Positions 55,997 through 64,000 of a stretch of DNA of 64,000 bases are shown here, in pieces; the first letter of the stretch is position 1, and every line of letters begins with the position of its first letter. The notes under the pieces are model-generated. The model made no database searches and had not been told where the DNA came from. It saw only the letters and a program-made list of their open reading frames with translations. Location: positions 1-64,000 of the IMG/VR virus record IMGVR_UViG_3300042924_004713; one strand, 5' to 3'. The DNA is from a virus. The position numbers and the translations under genes were made by a program.

Positions 55997-56833
55997 ATGG
56001 AAAATTCCAAAAATCACAAATTTGATATAGCAGTGTTGCTGCCTACTAGAGGTCGTACCACTGCACTGATGCGCAGCATCATGAGTCTAGTTAATAGAAC
56101 AAGAAATCTTGATCGTATTCAATTCTTTATTGGGCTTGATGAAGATGACACAGTGGGTATAAACTATTGGCAGACCGAAGTAGAACCATTGCTGCGTCAA
56201 CGCTCTGCTAACTTTACTGCCATGGTATTTGAGCCTTTGGGATATATCAGACTCAACGAATATGTAACCGAACTAGCCAAACATTCGGATAGCAAGTGGT
56301 TGATGTTCTGGAATGACGATGCAATCATGGAGAGTCAGAACTGGGACGAGGAAATAATGAAATATCAAGGACAGTTCAAGGTGCTAGCAGTACACACGCA
56401 TCGTGAACATCCTTATAGCATTTTCCCCATAGTGCCAAGAGATTGGCTGGATCTTTTTGGTTACATGAGTCCACATCAACTCAGCGATGCTTGGATCAGT
56501 CAGATAGGATATTTGGTTGATATCTGGGAACGCATACCAGTTTGGGTCACACATGATCGTTTTGACCTCACCGGCAACAACAACGATGACACGTACAATA
56601 ATCGTCCTCAATTAGAAAATCAACCTGACAATCCAGAAGATTTTCACAGCAACAAATGGCACACTCGCAGAGTCAATGATGCTGAACGTTTGAGTCAACT
56701 GTTGGCTTCTAGAGGCATTGATCAAACTTGGTGGGAAAATTGCAAATCAGGCAAACAAGATCCCTGGGTCAAACTCAGTGCTAACGACATAAACAAACAA
56801 ATGACACAAACGAGAACAGTTAATGGCCAATAA
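55997..56833 (+). CDS. GT2-like glycosyltransferase
   Basis: IAVLLPTRGR, LDEDD, MFWNDD. Confidence 0.75.
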   Translation: MENSKNHKFDIAVLLPTRGRTTALMRSIMSLVNRTRNLDRIQFFIGLDEDDTVGINYWQTEVEPLLRQRSANFTAMVFEPLGYIRLNEYVTELAKHSDSKWLMFWNDDAIMESQNWDEEIMKYQGQFKVLAVHTHREHPYSIFPIVPRDWLDLFGYMSPHQLSDAWISQIGYLVDIWERIPVWVTHDRFDLTGNNNDDTYNNRPQLENQPDNPEDFHSNKWHTRRVNDAERLSQLLASRGIDQTWWENCKSGKQDPWVKLSANDINKQMTQTRTVNGQ

Positions 56834-57605
56834 CAGTGAACTGGTAGAAAAAATTCAAGCCTATTGGGACAGGCAACCCTGTAACATTAGGCATAGTCAA
56901 AAACCTCTAGGCAGCGTAGAATACTTTGAAGAAGTCACAGCTCGTCGCTATAGAGTTGAGCCTCATATCTTGGACTTTGCGCAGTTTCATCGCTGGCAGG
57001 GCAAGAGAGTATTAGAAATTGGCTGTGGTATTGGCACTGATGCCGAGCAGTTTGTGCGTCATGGTGCAGAATATGTGGGCATTGACATATCAGATGCCAG
57101 TCTACAAATCTGTCGTGAAAGATTCAAGGTCATGGATCTTCATGGAGAATTCCACAATGTAAACCTATTGGATCCAGATCACATGGATCTTGGTCAGTTT
57201 GATCTTGTGTACAGTTATGGAGTCATACATCATAGTCCAGACATTGATCATCACATCACTGAGATACACAAGCTTTTGCGACCAAACGGTGAGTTTAGAT
57301 TCATGGTCTATGCCAAGAATTCATGGAAATATGCCATGATTCAAAAAGGACTTGATCAGTTTGAAGCACAAGCAGAATGTCCTTATGCTGAGGCCTTTAC
57401 TAGAGATGAAATTGAGGACATGTTAGATGGAATTTTTGACATCGAACGTATTAGACAAGCGCACTGTTTCATGTATAATGTAGCTGCATATCGCGAAGGT
57501 AGATATGAACTTGAACCCTGGTTTGCAGCAATGAGTGACACTATGCGTGATGCTGTGAGAGAATATCTGGGTTGGCATCTTTTGGTCAAGGCACGTAAAA
57601 AATGA
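56823..57605 (+). CDS. Class I SAM-dependent methyltransferase
   Basis: VLEIGCGIG, GIDIS, FDLVYSYGVIHH, LRPNG. Confidence 0.92.
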   Translation: MANNSELVEKIQAYWDRQPCNIRHSQKPLGSVEYFEEVTARRYRVEPHILDFAQFHRWQGKRVLEIGCGIGTDAEQFVRHGAEYVGIDISDASLQICRERFKVMDLHGEFHNVNLLDPDHMDLGQFDLVYSYGVIHHSPDIDHHITEIHKLLRPNGEFRFMVYAKNSWKYAMIQKGLDQFEAQAECPYAEAFTRDEIEDMLDGIFDIERIRQAHCFMYNVAAYREGRYELEPWFAAMSDTMRDAVREYLGWHLLVKARKK

Positions 57606-58168
57606 AAAAAATTCATATTTCTGACAAAGAAGTACGAGGCATGGTATTGGATATCCTGCGTCAAATGACTCAAGATCGTTGGCTTCCGGACTATGTGGTT
57701 GGACTCACTCGTGGTGGACTTGTACCTGCTAACATGATAAGCCAGTACTTGAAAGTGCCCATGGAGACTCTCAAGGTCAGCCTGCGTGACCAAAATTCTG
57801 AACCCGAAAGTAATCTGTGGATGGCCGAGGATGCATTTGGTTACATACCTCAAGAACAGCGAGGTGCGTCAGGAACAGTGACTGATCCTGCACTGCGCAA
57901 AAAAATCTTGATTGTGGACGATATCAACGACAGCGGCGCTACATTCAACTGGATTACCAAAGATTGGCCATCTGGCTGTATGCCAAATGAAACACATGTT
58001 TGGCGAGCTATTTGGAATCATTCGGTGAGATTTGCTGTGTTGGTAGACAACGCCAGCAGCAAGTCTGAGGTTTCTATGAACTATAGTGCTCGTACAATCA
58101 ACAAGTTCGAAGATCCTAGTTGGATTGTTTTTCCCTGGGAGCAATGGTGGCATCCAACAAAAATTTGA
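57602..58168 (+). CDS. Type I purine phosphoribosyltransferase (Gpt-like)
   Basis: VGLTRGGLVPA, ILIVDDINDSGAT PRPP loop, WIVFPWE. Confidence 0.9.
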   Translation: MKKIHISDKEVRGMVLDILRQMTQDRWLPDYVVGLTRGGLVPANMISQYLKVPMETLKVSLRDQNSEPESNLWMAEDAFGYIPQEQRGASGTVTDPALRKKILIVDDINDSGATFNWITKDWPSGCMPNETHVWRAIWNHSVRFAVLVDNASSKSEVSMNYSARTINKFEDPSWIVFPWEQWWHPTKI

Positions 58169-58193
58169 CACAACACACTAACTCAAGTATAAT
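58165..58193 (+). promoter_or_regulatory. Consensus sigma70 promoter; probably leaderless transcript
   Basis: TTGACA-17 nt-TATAAT, ATG 6 nt after the -10 box. Confidence 0.88.
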
Positions 58194-58199
58194 CTACAC

Positions 58200-59066
58200 A
58201 TGGAAAAGATAACCTATACTGAAATTTTCTACAGCCTACAAGGCGAAGGAATGTATGCTGGCGTGCCCAGCATTTTCTTTCGTACCTATGGTTGTAACTT
58301 TAGATGCCGTAAATTTGGTAGATCACAAGATGAACAGATTGACGGACATAATCCTGAAGTGGTTGAAATCATCAAAAACATTGCACAGTACAATAAATTT
58401 GAAGACCTACCTCTGGTGACCACAGGATGCGATACCTATGCGTCAATCTATCCCGAGTTCAAGCGTTTCAATCAACAAGAAACAGTGTCAACCATTGCTG
58501 ATCAAATCCATGCACTATTGCCTGGTAACGTATGGCAAGATTCACATTTGATCATCACAGGTGGTGAGCCCTTGCTGGCCTATCAACAACTGTATCCGGA
58601 ACTCTTAGAACTGTGTAGAGCCAAGGGACTGCGACATCTTACATTTGAAACCAACGGTACTCAAAAGATCTATCCTGAAGTAGAAGAATATCTGTTTCAA
58701 GAGTTCACAAGACATGGACGCGACTTTGAGAACTTGACATTCAGTGTGAGTCCTAAACTGCCGTGTTCTGGTGAACCGTTTGAACGAGCCATACAACCTG
58801 AAGTTGTGCATCAATACGCATTGTATGGTCGAGTATACTTGAAATTTGTAGTGGCTACTCAGCAAGACGTAGAAGACGCAGAACGTGCTGTGGCCGAGTA
58901 TCGCAAACACAACGTGAACTGTCCAGTGTATCTCATGCCTGTGGGTGGTGTACCACAGGTGTATAACTTGAATACTCAACAGGTTGCACAGCTAGCACTG
59001 GAGAGAGGATGGCGTTACAGTCCAAGGCTACAAGTTGATATTTGGCGCAACGCATGGGGAACGTAA
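58200..59066 (+). CDS. queE: 7-carboxy-7-deazaguanine synthase (radical SAM)
   Basis: EIFYSLQGEG, RTYGCNFRC...GCDT, ITGGEPL, ETNGT, SPK, SPRLQ. Confidence 0.93.
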   Translation: MEKITYTEIFYSLQGEGMYAGVPSIFFRTYGCNFRCRKFGRSQDEQIDGHNPEVVEIIKNIAQYNKFEDLPLVTTGCDTYASIYPEFKRFNQQETVSTIADQIHALLPGNVWQDSHLIITGGEPLLAYQQLYPELLELCRAKGLRHLTFETNGTQKIYPEVEEYLFQEFTRHGRDFENLTFSVSPKLPCSGEPFERAIQPEVVHQYALYGRVYLKFVVATQQDVEDAERAVAEYRKHNVNCPVYLMPVGGVPQVYNLNTQQVAQLALERGWRYSPRLQVDIWRNAWGT

Positions 59067-59209
59067 GCAGTCCTTGTGTGAATATCTGTCGCATGCAAAA
59101 CAACATCTGTATAGGCTGCTTGAGAACATTAGAAGAAATAGCCAATTGGCTTTATTATAGTGATCAAGAGAAACAGGAAATATTACAACAACTGGAGACA
59201 AGAAAATGA
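59054..59209 (+). CDS. DUF1289-like four-Cys protein (51 aa)
   Basis: Not in ORF track; SPCVNICRM...CIGCLRTLEEIANW. Confidence 0.8.
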   Translation: MGNVSSPCVNICRMQNNICIGCLRTLEEIANWLYYSDQEKQEILQQLETRK

Positions 59210-59433
59210 CAGAAACCAAACAACGTACCATTGCTAGAATGGTAAGCTATCGCATCACAGCCTGGCTGTTTACTATCTTCTGGACTTGGTTGTTCACAGA
59301 AGATGTAGCATCTGCCACAACGTTTGCCACTGCCTTGCATATCTTGCTCAGTATTGATTATTACATTCACGAACGTGTATGGCTAAAGATCAAATGGGGC
59401 AAAATAACGGACAAAGATCATGGGACTGTTTGA
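59206..59433 (+). CDS. DUF2061-like small membrane protein
   Basis: ETKQRTIARMVSYR...YYIHERVWLKIKWG. Confidence 0.75.
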   Translation: MTETKQRTIARMVSYRITAWLFTIFWTWLFTEDVASATTFATALHILLSIDYYIHERVWLKIKWGKITDKDHGTV

Positions 59434-59827
59434 TAAATTTTTTAAATCTAAACCAGAAAAGTCAGTGCAACCACGCACTAGCGAGACTGAGCATAGACCA
59501 CCTCCAGCACGTAAAAAAACTGCCAAGGAACTGGCCACTGAACGTGGAGAAGCCTATGTTGGTATTGTGAGTTTTGATCTTAATGCTGACGACATCAACT
59601 CAGGCAGTTTTGAACTAGAGTGGAATGACAAATTTATCACAAATCTTGTGCGTGCTGGATATCAAATGAAGCCAAACGAGCCCGAAGACGTGATTGTGGA
59701 TCGTTGGTTTCAAAACATCTGCCGAAATGTTGTAATGGAAACCTGGGAACAGGAACAAGCAATGCGTGCCTCGGGTATCTATGTGCGTACCACTGACATA
59801 GGCAATGGTCGCAGCGAGGTTTCATGA
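59420..59827 (+). CDS. Hypothetical phage protein
   Basis: ORF. Confidence 0.7.
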   Translation: MGLFDKFFKSKPEKSVQPRTSETEHRPPPARKKTAKELATERGEAYVGIVSFDLNADDINSGSFELEWNDKFITNLVRAGYQMKPNEPEDVIVDRWFQNICRNVVMETWEQEQAMRASGIYVRTTDIGNGRSEVS

Positions 59828-60015
59828 TTGAACGTGAACGCATAAACTATCTACTACTGAGTGCGCTGGGCAGTGCAGAACTAGTTTACCAATGGTGGCA
59901 TTCCAGAAATGCGGCTTTTGAATACGCTACACCTGAAGAGATCTGGCAGGAAGCACCTGAACGTGTGGCCAATTATGTGATACGAGCAGTAAACGTGGGA
60001 GGAGATTACTTTTGA
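59824..60015 (+). CDS. Small protein resembling the Xre/MbcA/ParS antitoxin C-terminal domain
   Basis: LGSAELVYQWWHSRNAAFEYATPEE pattern. Confidence 0.5.
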   Translation: MIERERINYLLLSALGSAELVYQWWHSRNAAFEYATPEEIWQEAPERVANYVIRAVNVGGDYF

Positions 60016-60485
60016 TTTTTAATCATATCAAAACTCTCAAAGAACAAGGCAAGCGTATAGGCATAACTTTTAGCACGTTTGATCTGTTGCATGCAGGGCA
60101 TGTGGCCATGTTGGCCGAAGCTAAGAATCACTGTGACTATTTGATTGCAGGTCTACAAACTGATCCAACCATTGATAGACCTGATACTAAAAATGCTCCA
60201 ATACAAAGCATTGTTGAGCGGCAGATTCAACTAGCTGCCTGTAGATATGTTGACGAAGTCGTGGTGTATCAAACCGAACAGGATCTAATTGATCTGCTGC
60301 TGATCTTGCCCTTGGATGTTAGAATACTGGGTGTAGAATACAAAGAACGTTCGTTCACTGGTGACAACGAATGTTATAATCGTGGTATCGAACTGGTTTT
60401 CAATTCTAGAGATCATAGTTTTTCCAGTTCCAGTCTTCGCAAACGTGTGATACATGCCGAAACACAACGTGCTCTGCAGTCATGA
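60012..60485 (+). CDS. Cytidylyltransferase (TagD/RfaE-like)
   Basis: STFDLLHAGH, YVDEV, FSSSSLR. Confidence 0.9.
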   Translation: MIFNHIKTLKEQGKRIGITFSTFDLLHAGHVAMLAEAKNHCDYLIAGLQTDPTIDRPDTKNAPIQSIVERQIQLAACRYVDEVVVYQTEQDLIDLLLILPLDVRILGVEYKERSFTGDNECYNRGIELVFNSRDHSFSSSSLRKRVIHAETQRALQS

Positions 60486-60691
60486 GACGATACTTCGCTA
60501 GCACATTCAATATCACTGACACTGATATGGATATCATGGAGCACATACGTTGGTGCAGAAATAATCTAGGTGAACGTGGCCGTGACTGGGACTTCAGCGG
60601 CAATAACCGACGAGTACAGGTCTGGGTCAGAGAAGGGTCGCCTCAATTTACTTTTTACGAACTAAAATATGGTAGTCTACGTCAACGGTGA
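60482..60691 (+). CDS. Hypothetical protein
   Basis: ATGA-coupled. Confidence 0.6.
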   Translation: MRRYFASTFNITDTDMDIMEHIRWCRNNLGERGRDWDFSGNNRRVQVWVREGSPQFTFYELKYGSLRQR

Positions 60692-61367
60692 TAGTCATGC
60701 TGCTGCGGCCGAAGCAGCGGTGCCATTTGGTTGGGCCGAAGACGATCCCTTTTATTATGGCATGGGCAAAAGACCACACCCTGAAAATGAACGTGTGAGT
60801 TTTGGTTGTGAGATAGCCAATCGTCTACATGCTATCTTGGACATAGATGCACAGTCCGGAGCCAGTAATGCCAGAATCATGCGCACCACTAGGCAATGGT
60901 TGGATCATGCACAACCCAGTGCCAAAGACCTTGTGATAATTCAATGGAGTACCTGGGAACGCGAAGAGTGGTTGATTGATGGTGAATACTACCAAGTGGG
61001 CGCATCAGGCACTGATTCAGTTCCCGAATCACACCAAGACCAATACAAAGAATTTGTTCAAAAGGTGGATTGGGTGGCCTGTAGAAATCATTGGCACCGA
61101 GCTATATGGAATCTACACTGTGAACTAGCCGAGCAAAAAGTTCCACATTTATTCTTCAACGGTAATAACCATTTCCTAGGCGAAACTGAGTTGTTGGACT
61201 GGCAACACAGTTTTATTGGGCCCTATGATCCAAACAGCACCTACGATGCCCTACTGCGCCTAAATGGTTACAAACCTGTTAACAGTCACAGCTGGCATTT
61301 TGGAGCAGATGCCCATTGCTTTTGGGCGGATTATGTGCTACAATATGTTCACGATCATATACTCTAG
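60669..61367 (+). CDS. SGNH-hydrolase-like protein
   Basis: VNGDSH, GASNARI, IQWS, terminal HFGADAH. Confidence 0.6.
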   Translation: MVVYVNGDSHAAAAEAAVPFGWAEDDPFYYGMGKRPHPENERVSFGCEIANRLHAILDIDAQSGASNARIMRTTRQWLDHAQPSAKDLVIIQWSTWEREEWLIDGEYYQVGASGTDSVPESHQDQYKEFVQKVDWVACRNHWHRAIWNLHCELAEQKVPHLFFNGNNHFLGETELLDWQHSFIGPYDPNSTYDALLRLNGYKPVNSHSWHFGADAHCFWADYVLQYVHDHIL

Positions 61368-61374
61368 GTGACCT

Positions 61375-62397
61375 ATGCATTACTTGCTGATTGACACTGC
61401 CAACATGTTTTTCCGAGCTCGACATGTGGCACACAGAGCCAGTTCCACTGAAGAAAAAGTTGGTTATGCTCTACACATCACCCTGGCTGCTATCAATAAG
61501 GTAGCCAAGAAATTCAATGCTGATCACGTGGTGTTTGCATTGGAGGGACGGTCGTGGCGCAAAGACTTCTACGCTCCCTACAAGAAAAACCGTGCTGTGG
61601 CTCGTGCTGCGCTCACAGAAGCAGAAGCCGAAGAAGATCGAGTGTTTTGGGAAACCTATGATCACTTTACTAAATACCTAGAGCAGGGCACAAACTGTTC
61701 GGTCATACGTCACCCTGAAGCAGAAGCTGACGATATCATTGCTAGATGGATACATCTGCATCCCCAGGATCATCACACTATTGTCAGCAGTGACACTGAT
61801 TTTGTGCAACTCATCGCCCCTAATGTAAATCAATTCAATGGTATTCAAGACGAGTTGATCACACTAGAAGGTGTGTTTGATGCACGTGGTCGTGAAGTCG
61901 TAGATAAAAAAACCAAACAACCTAAACGTATCCCCGACCCAGAGTGGTTATTGTTTGAAAAATGCATGCGAGGCGATGCATCTGACAATGTGTTCTCTGC
62001 ATATCCAGGTGTTCGTGTCAAGGGCACAAAAAACAAAGTAGGATTAATGGAAGCATTTGAAGATCGCCATGCACGTGGTTATGCATGGAACAATCTGATG
62101 TTGCAAAGGTGGACAGATCATGATGGTCAAGAACATCGTGTGTTAGATGACTACATTCGCAACAAACAACTTATTGACCTCACAGCTCAGCCTGACGAAG
62201 TCAAGTATAAAGTTGACTCAGCTATTCGTGAACAGGTTTCGCACAAAGACATTGGACAAGTAGGTGTGCGATTCATGAAGTTCTGTGGTAAGTTTGATTT
62301 GCAAAAAATCAGCGAACAGGCAGAACAGTATGCACAATGGTTGAATACAATATACCAAGGAGTATTGAATGATAATAGCCAAGCCCGTAGTACCTGA
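61375..62397 (+). CDS. 5'-3' exonuclease / T4 RNase H-like (FEN family)
   Basis: LLIDTAN, SWRK..YK.NR, EADD, SSDTDF.QL, GDASDN. Confidence 0.92.
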   Translation: MHYLLIDTANMFFRARHVAHRASSTEEKVGYALHITLAAINKVAKKFNADHVVFALEGRSWRKDFYAPYKKNRAVARAALTEAEAEEDRVFWETYDHFTKYLEQGTNCSVIRHPEAEADDIIARWIHLHPQDHHTIVSSDTDFVQLIAPNVNQFNGIQDELITLEGVFDARGREVVDKKTKQPKRIPDPEWLLFEKCMRGDASDNVFSAYPGVRVKGTKNKVGLMEAFEDRHARGYAWNNLMLQRWTDHDGQEHRVLDDYIRNKQLIDLTAQPDEVKYKVDSAIREQVSHKDIGQVGVRFMKFCGKFDLQKISEQAEQYAQWLNTIYQGVLNDNSQARST

Positions 62398-62803
62398 TCG
62401 TTTTTGGATACTAAAACAAAACGACGAAAAGGTCGGAAACATTCAGGCCACTGCTAATGGATACACAGTTAAAATTCTAGATCAAGTTGAGATCTACAAA
62501 AGTGTTCGCACAATCAAACAACGTGTGGGCATTGACTTTGAACCAGCTGTTAAGACCAACAAAAAGCCTCAGAATCAAGTACATGGATTTGAAACTGGTT
62601 GTAATGCATACAACGGCATCTATGAAGTGCGTAGGCAGTTACCACTGTTTACCAAAACTCGCAAGAGCAAGAGTTGGTATGCAGCTGGATGGTATAAGGT
62701 AATGCAGAATCGCACATGGCGTGTGGTACGCAATCCAAAACTGATCACACTGCAACGCTATCCCTATCATGGCCCTTTTCACAGTGAACAGGAAGCACAA
62801 TGA
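62369..62803 (+). CDS. Hypothetical phage protein
   Basis: SD AAGGAG. Confidence 0.7.
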   Translation: MIIAKPVVPDRFWILKQNDEKVGNIQATANGYTVKILDQVEIYKSVRTIKQRVGIDFEPAVKTNKKPQNQVHGFETGCNAYNGIYEVRRQLPLFTKTRKSKSWYAAGWYKVMQNRTWRVVRNPKLITLQRYPYHGPFHSEQEAQ

Positions 62804-63006
62804 GCATGCACATCAATCGCTTTGTGGACAGGATCAAAGCACATGAAAGTCGTGCGGCCAAGGACTTTGTTATGACCATGCAGGATGCAAGGGATCTGCA
62901 TGCTGACATTACCAAGCTCTTGATGCAGCTACAAGCCGCTGCTGAACAAAAGAATTCTCAAAGCGAAGTCATAAACATCGAAGTCACTGGTGGTGGCTTT
63001 AAATAA
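62800..63006 (+). CDS. Hypothetical phage protein
   Basis: ATGA-coupled. Confidence 0.65.
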   Translation: MSMHINRFVDRIKAHESRAAKDFVMTMQDARDLHADITKLLMQLQAAAEQKNSQSEVINIEVTGGGFK

Positions 63007-63055
63007 AAACTACATGGTTTTTGGCATAAATATTGAATTGAAGTAAGGAGATGCT

Positions 63056-63376
63056 GTGTCTAGACCCAAGCCAAAAATCCTAGTAGAACTCACAGATAAA
63101 AATACCTATCGTACAGAACAAGTGCTGGCCAGCGAGGGTATCTGGGCTGTGTTTTTTGATGGCGCTCCTATCAATCTCAAAACTGCCAACATGTTGCAGC
63201 AGTTTCCTGGTCCCAAATACAAAAAGGTCAGCTTTAGCAATCCCGGACATGCAATCAACTTGGCCAAAAAGCTGAATAGCCAATTTCGTACCAACAAATT
63301 CACCGTGGTGTTGCTACGTGCTGGAGATCAAGTGTATCCTCCGGTCACTGGAACCTCCAGTGAATCGCAAAGCTGA
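63056..63376 (+). CDS. Hypothetical phage protein
   Basis: TAAATA 63027-63032, SD AAGGAG, GTG start. Confidence 0.7.
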   Translation: MSRPKPKILVELTDKNTYRTEQVLASEGIWAVFFDGAPINLKTANMLQQFPGPKYKKVSFSNPGHAINLAKKLNSQFRTNKFTVVLLRAGDQVYPPVTGTSSESQS

Positions 63377-63722
63377 AATCACTCGTAGAGTATTAGATCT
63401 GCTGCCTGAGCCAGATCGTGTGCCTTTTGAAGTTGCCATGAACACCTGGTGGCGTAATCTTAGAAACAAAGGTGGTTTGTCGCTGACCGATCTAGGACTA
63501 CGTGTGTTCAAAGAGCAAGCAGAATTGGAGTGTCATGAATTTGTGATACCACGAGATCAGCCCATATCGCAAGGTAGCCTGTTGAGATTGGATCGTGGAC
63601 AACAGTGGCCATATCACTTGGATAAAAAGAGACGTATTACCTTTTTTGGCAGCAGAGAAGCCATGATGATGGCGCTGTACGGTAATTTTTCTAACTACGT
63701 ATACAGATTATCAGAACGTTAG
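63360..63722 (+). CDS. Hypothetical phage protein
   Basis: ORF; GTG start inferred. Confidence 0.6.
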   Translation: MNRKAEITRRVLDLLPEPDRVPFEVAMNTWWRNLRNKGGLSLTDLGLRVFKEQAELECHEFVIPRDQPISQGSLLRLDRGQQWPYHLDKKRRITFFGSREAMMMALYGNFSNYVYRLSER

Positions 63723-63792
63723 CAAAACAACAACTCTTGCATCTTTGTTAAGAAATTTGGCGAAATGTCTGTTGTTTTTTTCAAAAACTAGG

Positions 63793-63821
63793 TTGACCTG
63801 GTATAAATAAAAATGTAAAAT
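63793..63821 (+). promoter_or_regulatory. Sigma70-like promoter with nested T4-type late motif
   Basis: TTGACC-17 nt-TAAAAT; TATAAATA at 63802-63809 inside the spacer. Confidence 0.7.
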
Positions 63822-63828
63822 AGATGCT

Positions 63829-63954
63829 ATGATGACTTCAATACTTTCATTATCCGCGATGCACAAATGTCCCACACAGAGTGGCCTATCAACATGGCTC
63901 CAGTTTGGGTATACCCGTGCGATCAAGATTAATGATAGTGGGGGGTCCAAGTAG
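63829..63954 (+). CDS. Putative leader peptide (41 aa)
   Basis: Not in ORF track; MMTSILSLSAMHKCPTQSGLSTWLQFGYTRAIKINDSGGSK; ATG 7 nt after the -10 box; stop lies inside a hairpin. Confidence 0.5.
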   Translation: MMTSILSLSAMHKCPTQSGLSTWLQFGYTRAIKINDSGGSK

Positions 63955-63990
63955 ATCAAGCATCAAGCAACATGCGTCTACTAGGGCCCT
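63942..63990 (+). promoter_or_regulatory. Hairpin overlapping the leader stop codon (antiterminator-like)
   Basis: GGGGTCC/GGGCCCT, AGTAGA/TCTACT and GCAT/ATGC pairings. Confidence 0.55.
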
Positions 63991-64000
63991 GGAAGTAAAA

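Noticed and set aside
625-63511. Many short antisense or out-of-frame ORFs in the track
   Set aside because: Nested within well-supported genes, with no SD or motifs; treated as shadow ORFs
63711-63959. Minus-strand 82-aa ORF
   Set aside because: Runs through AT-rich promoter sequence antisense to the promoter/leader arrangement; no recognisable motif
1-64000. Stop-codon reassignment
   Set aside because: Recognisable genes are full length under code 11 and end in TAA, TGA and TAG, often with ATGA/TAATG coupling
1-64000. CRISPR array, tRNA or rRNA genes
   Set aside because: No regularly spaced direct repeats or cloverleaf/T-loop signature found by eye; intergenic gaps are short
1-64000. Apparently frequent GATC and CTAG as a sign of relaxed restriction-site avoidance
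   Set aside because: Impression only; needs observed/expected tetranucleotide counts that I cannot compute reliably

Overview
Gene-dense, mostly plus-strand segment of a large tailed-phage genome with T4-like/jumbo character: family B DNA polymerase, probable sliding clamp, RNase H-like 5'-3' exonuclease, PhoH, DnaJ, ClpA, GH19 endolysin with spanin- and holin-like genes, and both sigma70-type promoters and TAAATA late-promoter-like motifs. Standard genetic code; no tRNA, rRNA, CRISPR array, intron or intein was seen. Five things stand out. (1) A block of about 18 kb (17-35 kb) encodes proteins sharing a short N-terminal MR(A/L)xE(F/L/I)xxE tag. They are built from modules joined at hydrophobic-x-E sites and look like prohead-protease-processed virion cargo (ADP-ribosyltransferase-like, nucleotidyltransferase, metallopeptidase, amidoligase, basic Cys peptides). 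Some modules begin with a buried Tat/Sec-like signal peptide. (2) A 7-deazaguanine DNA-modification pathway (FolE, QueD, QueE, DpdA/TGT-fold, DpdL-like; no QueC in the window) is interleaved with a glycosyltransferase, an epimerase, an oxygenase, a PRTase and a MazG-like gene, with switch-like RNA leaders before folE and queD. (3) A putative PAPS-synthase/sulfotransferase/diiron biosynthetic operon lies at 3-9.6 kb. (4) A structured intergenic RNA candidate lies at 35.07 kb. (5) At the right edge is a leader-peptide attenuator-like element whose 41 codons sample 18 amino acids. All product calls come from motif recognition by eye; no database searches were run.
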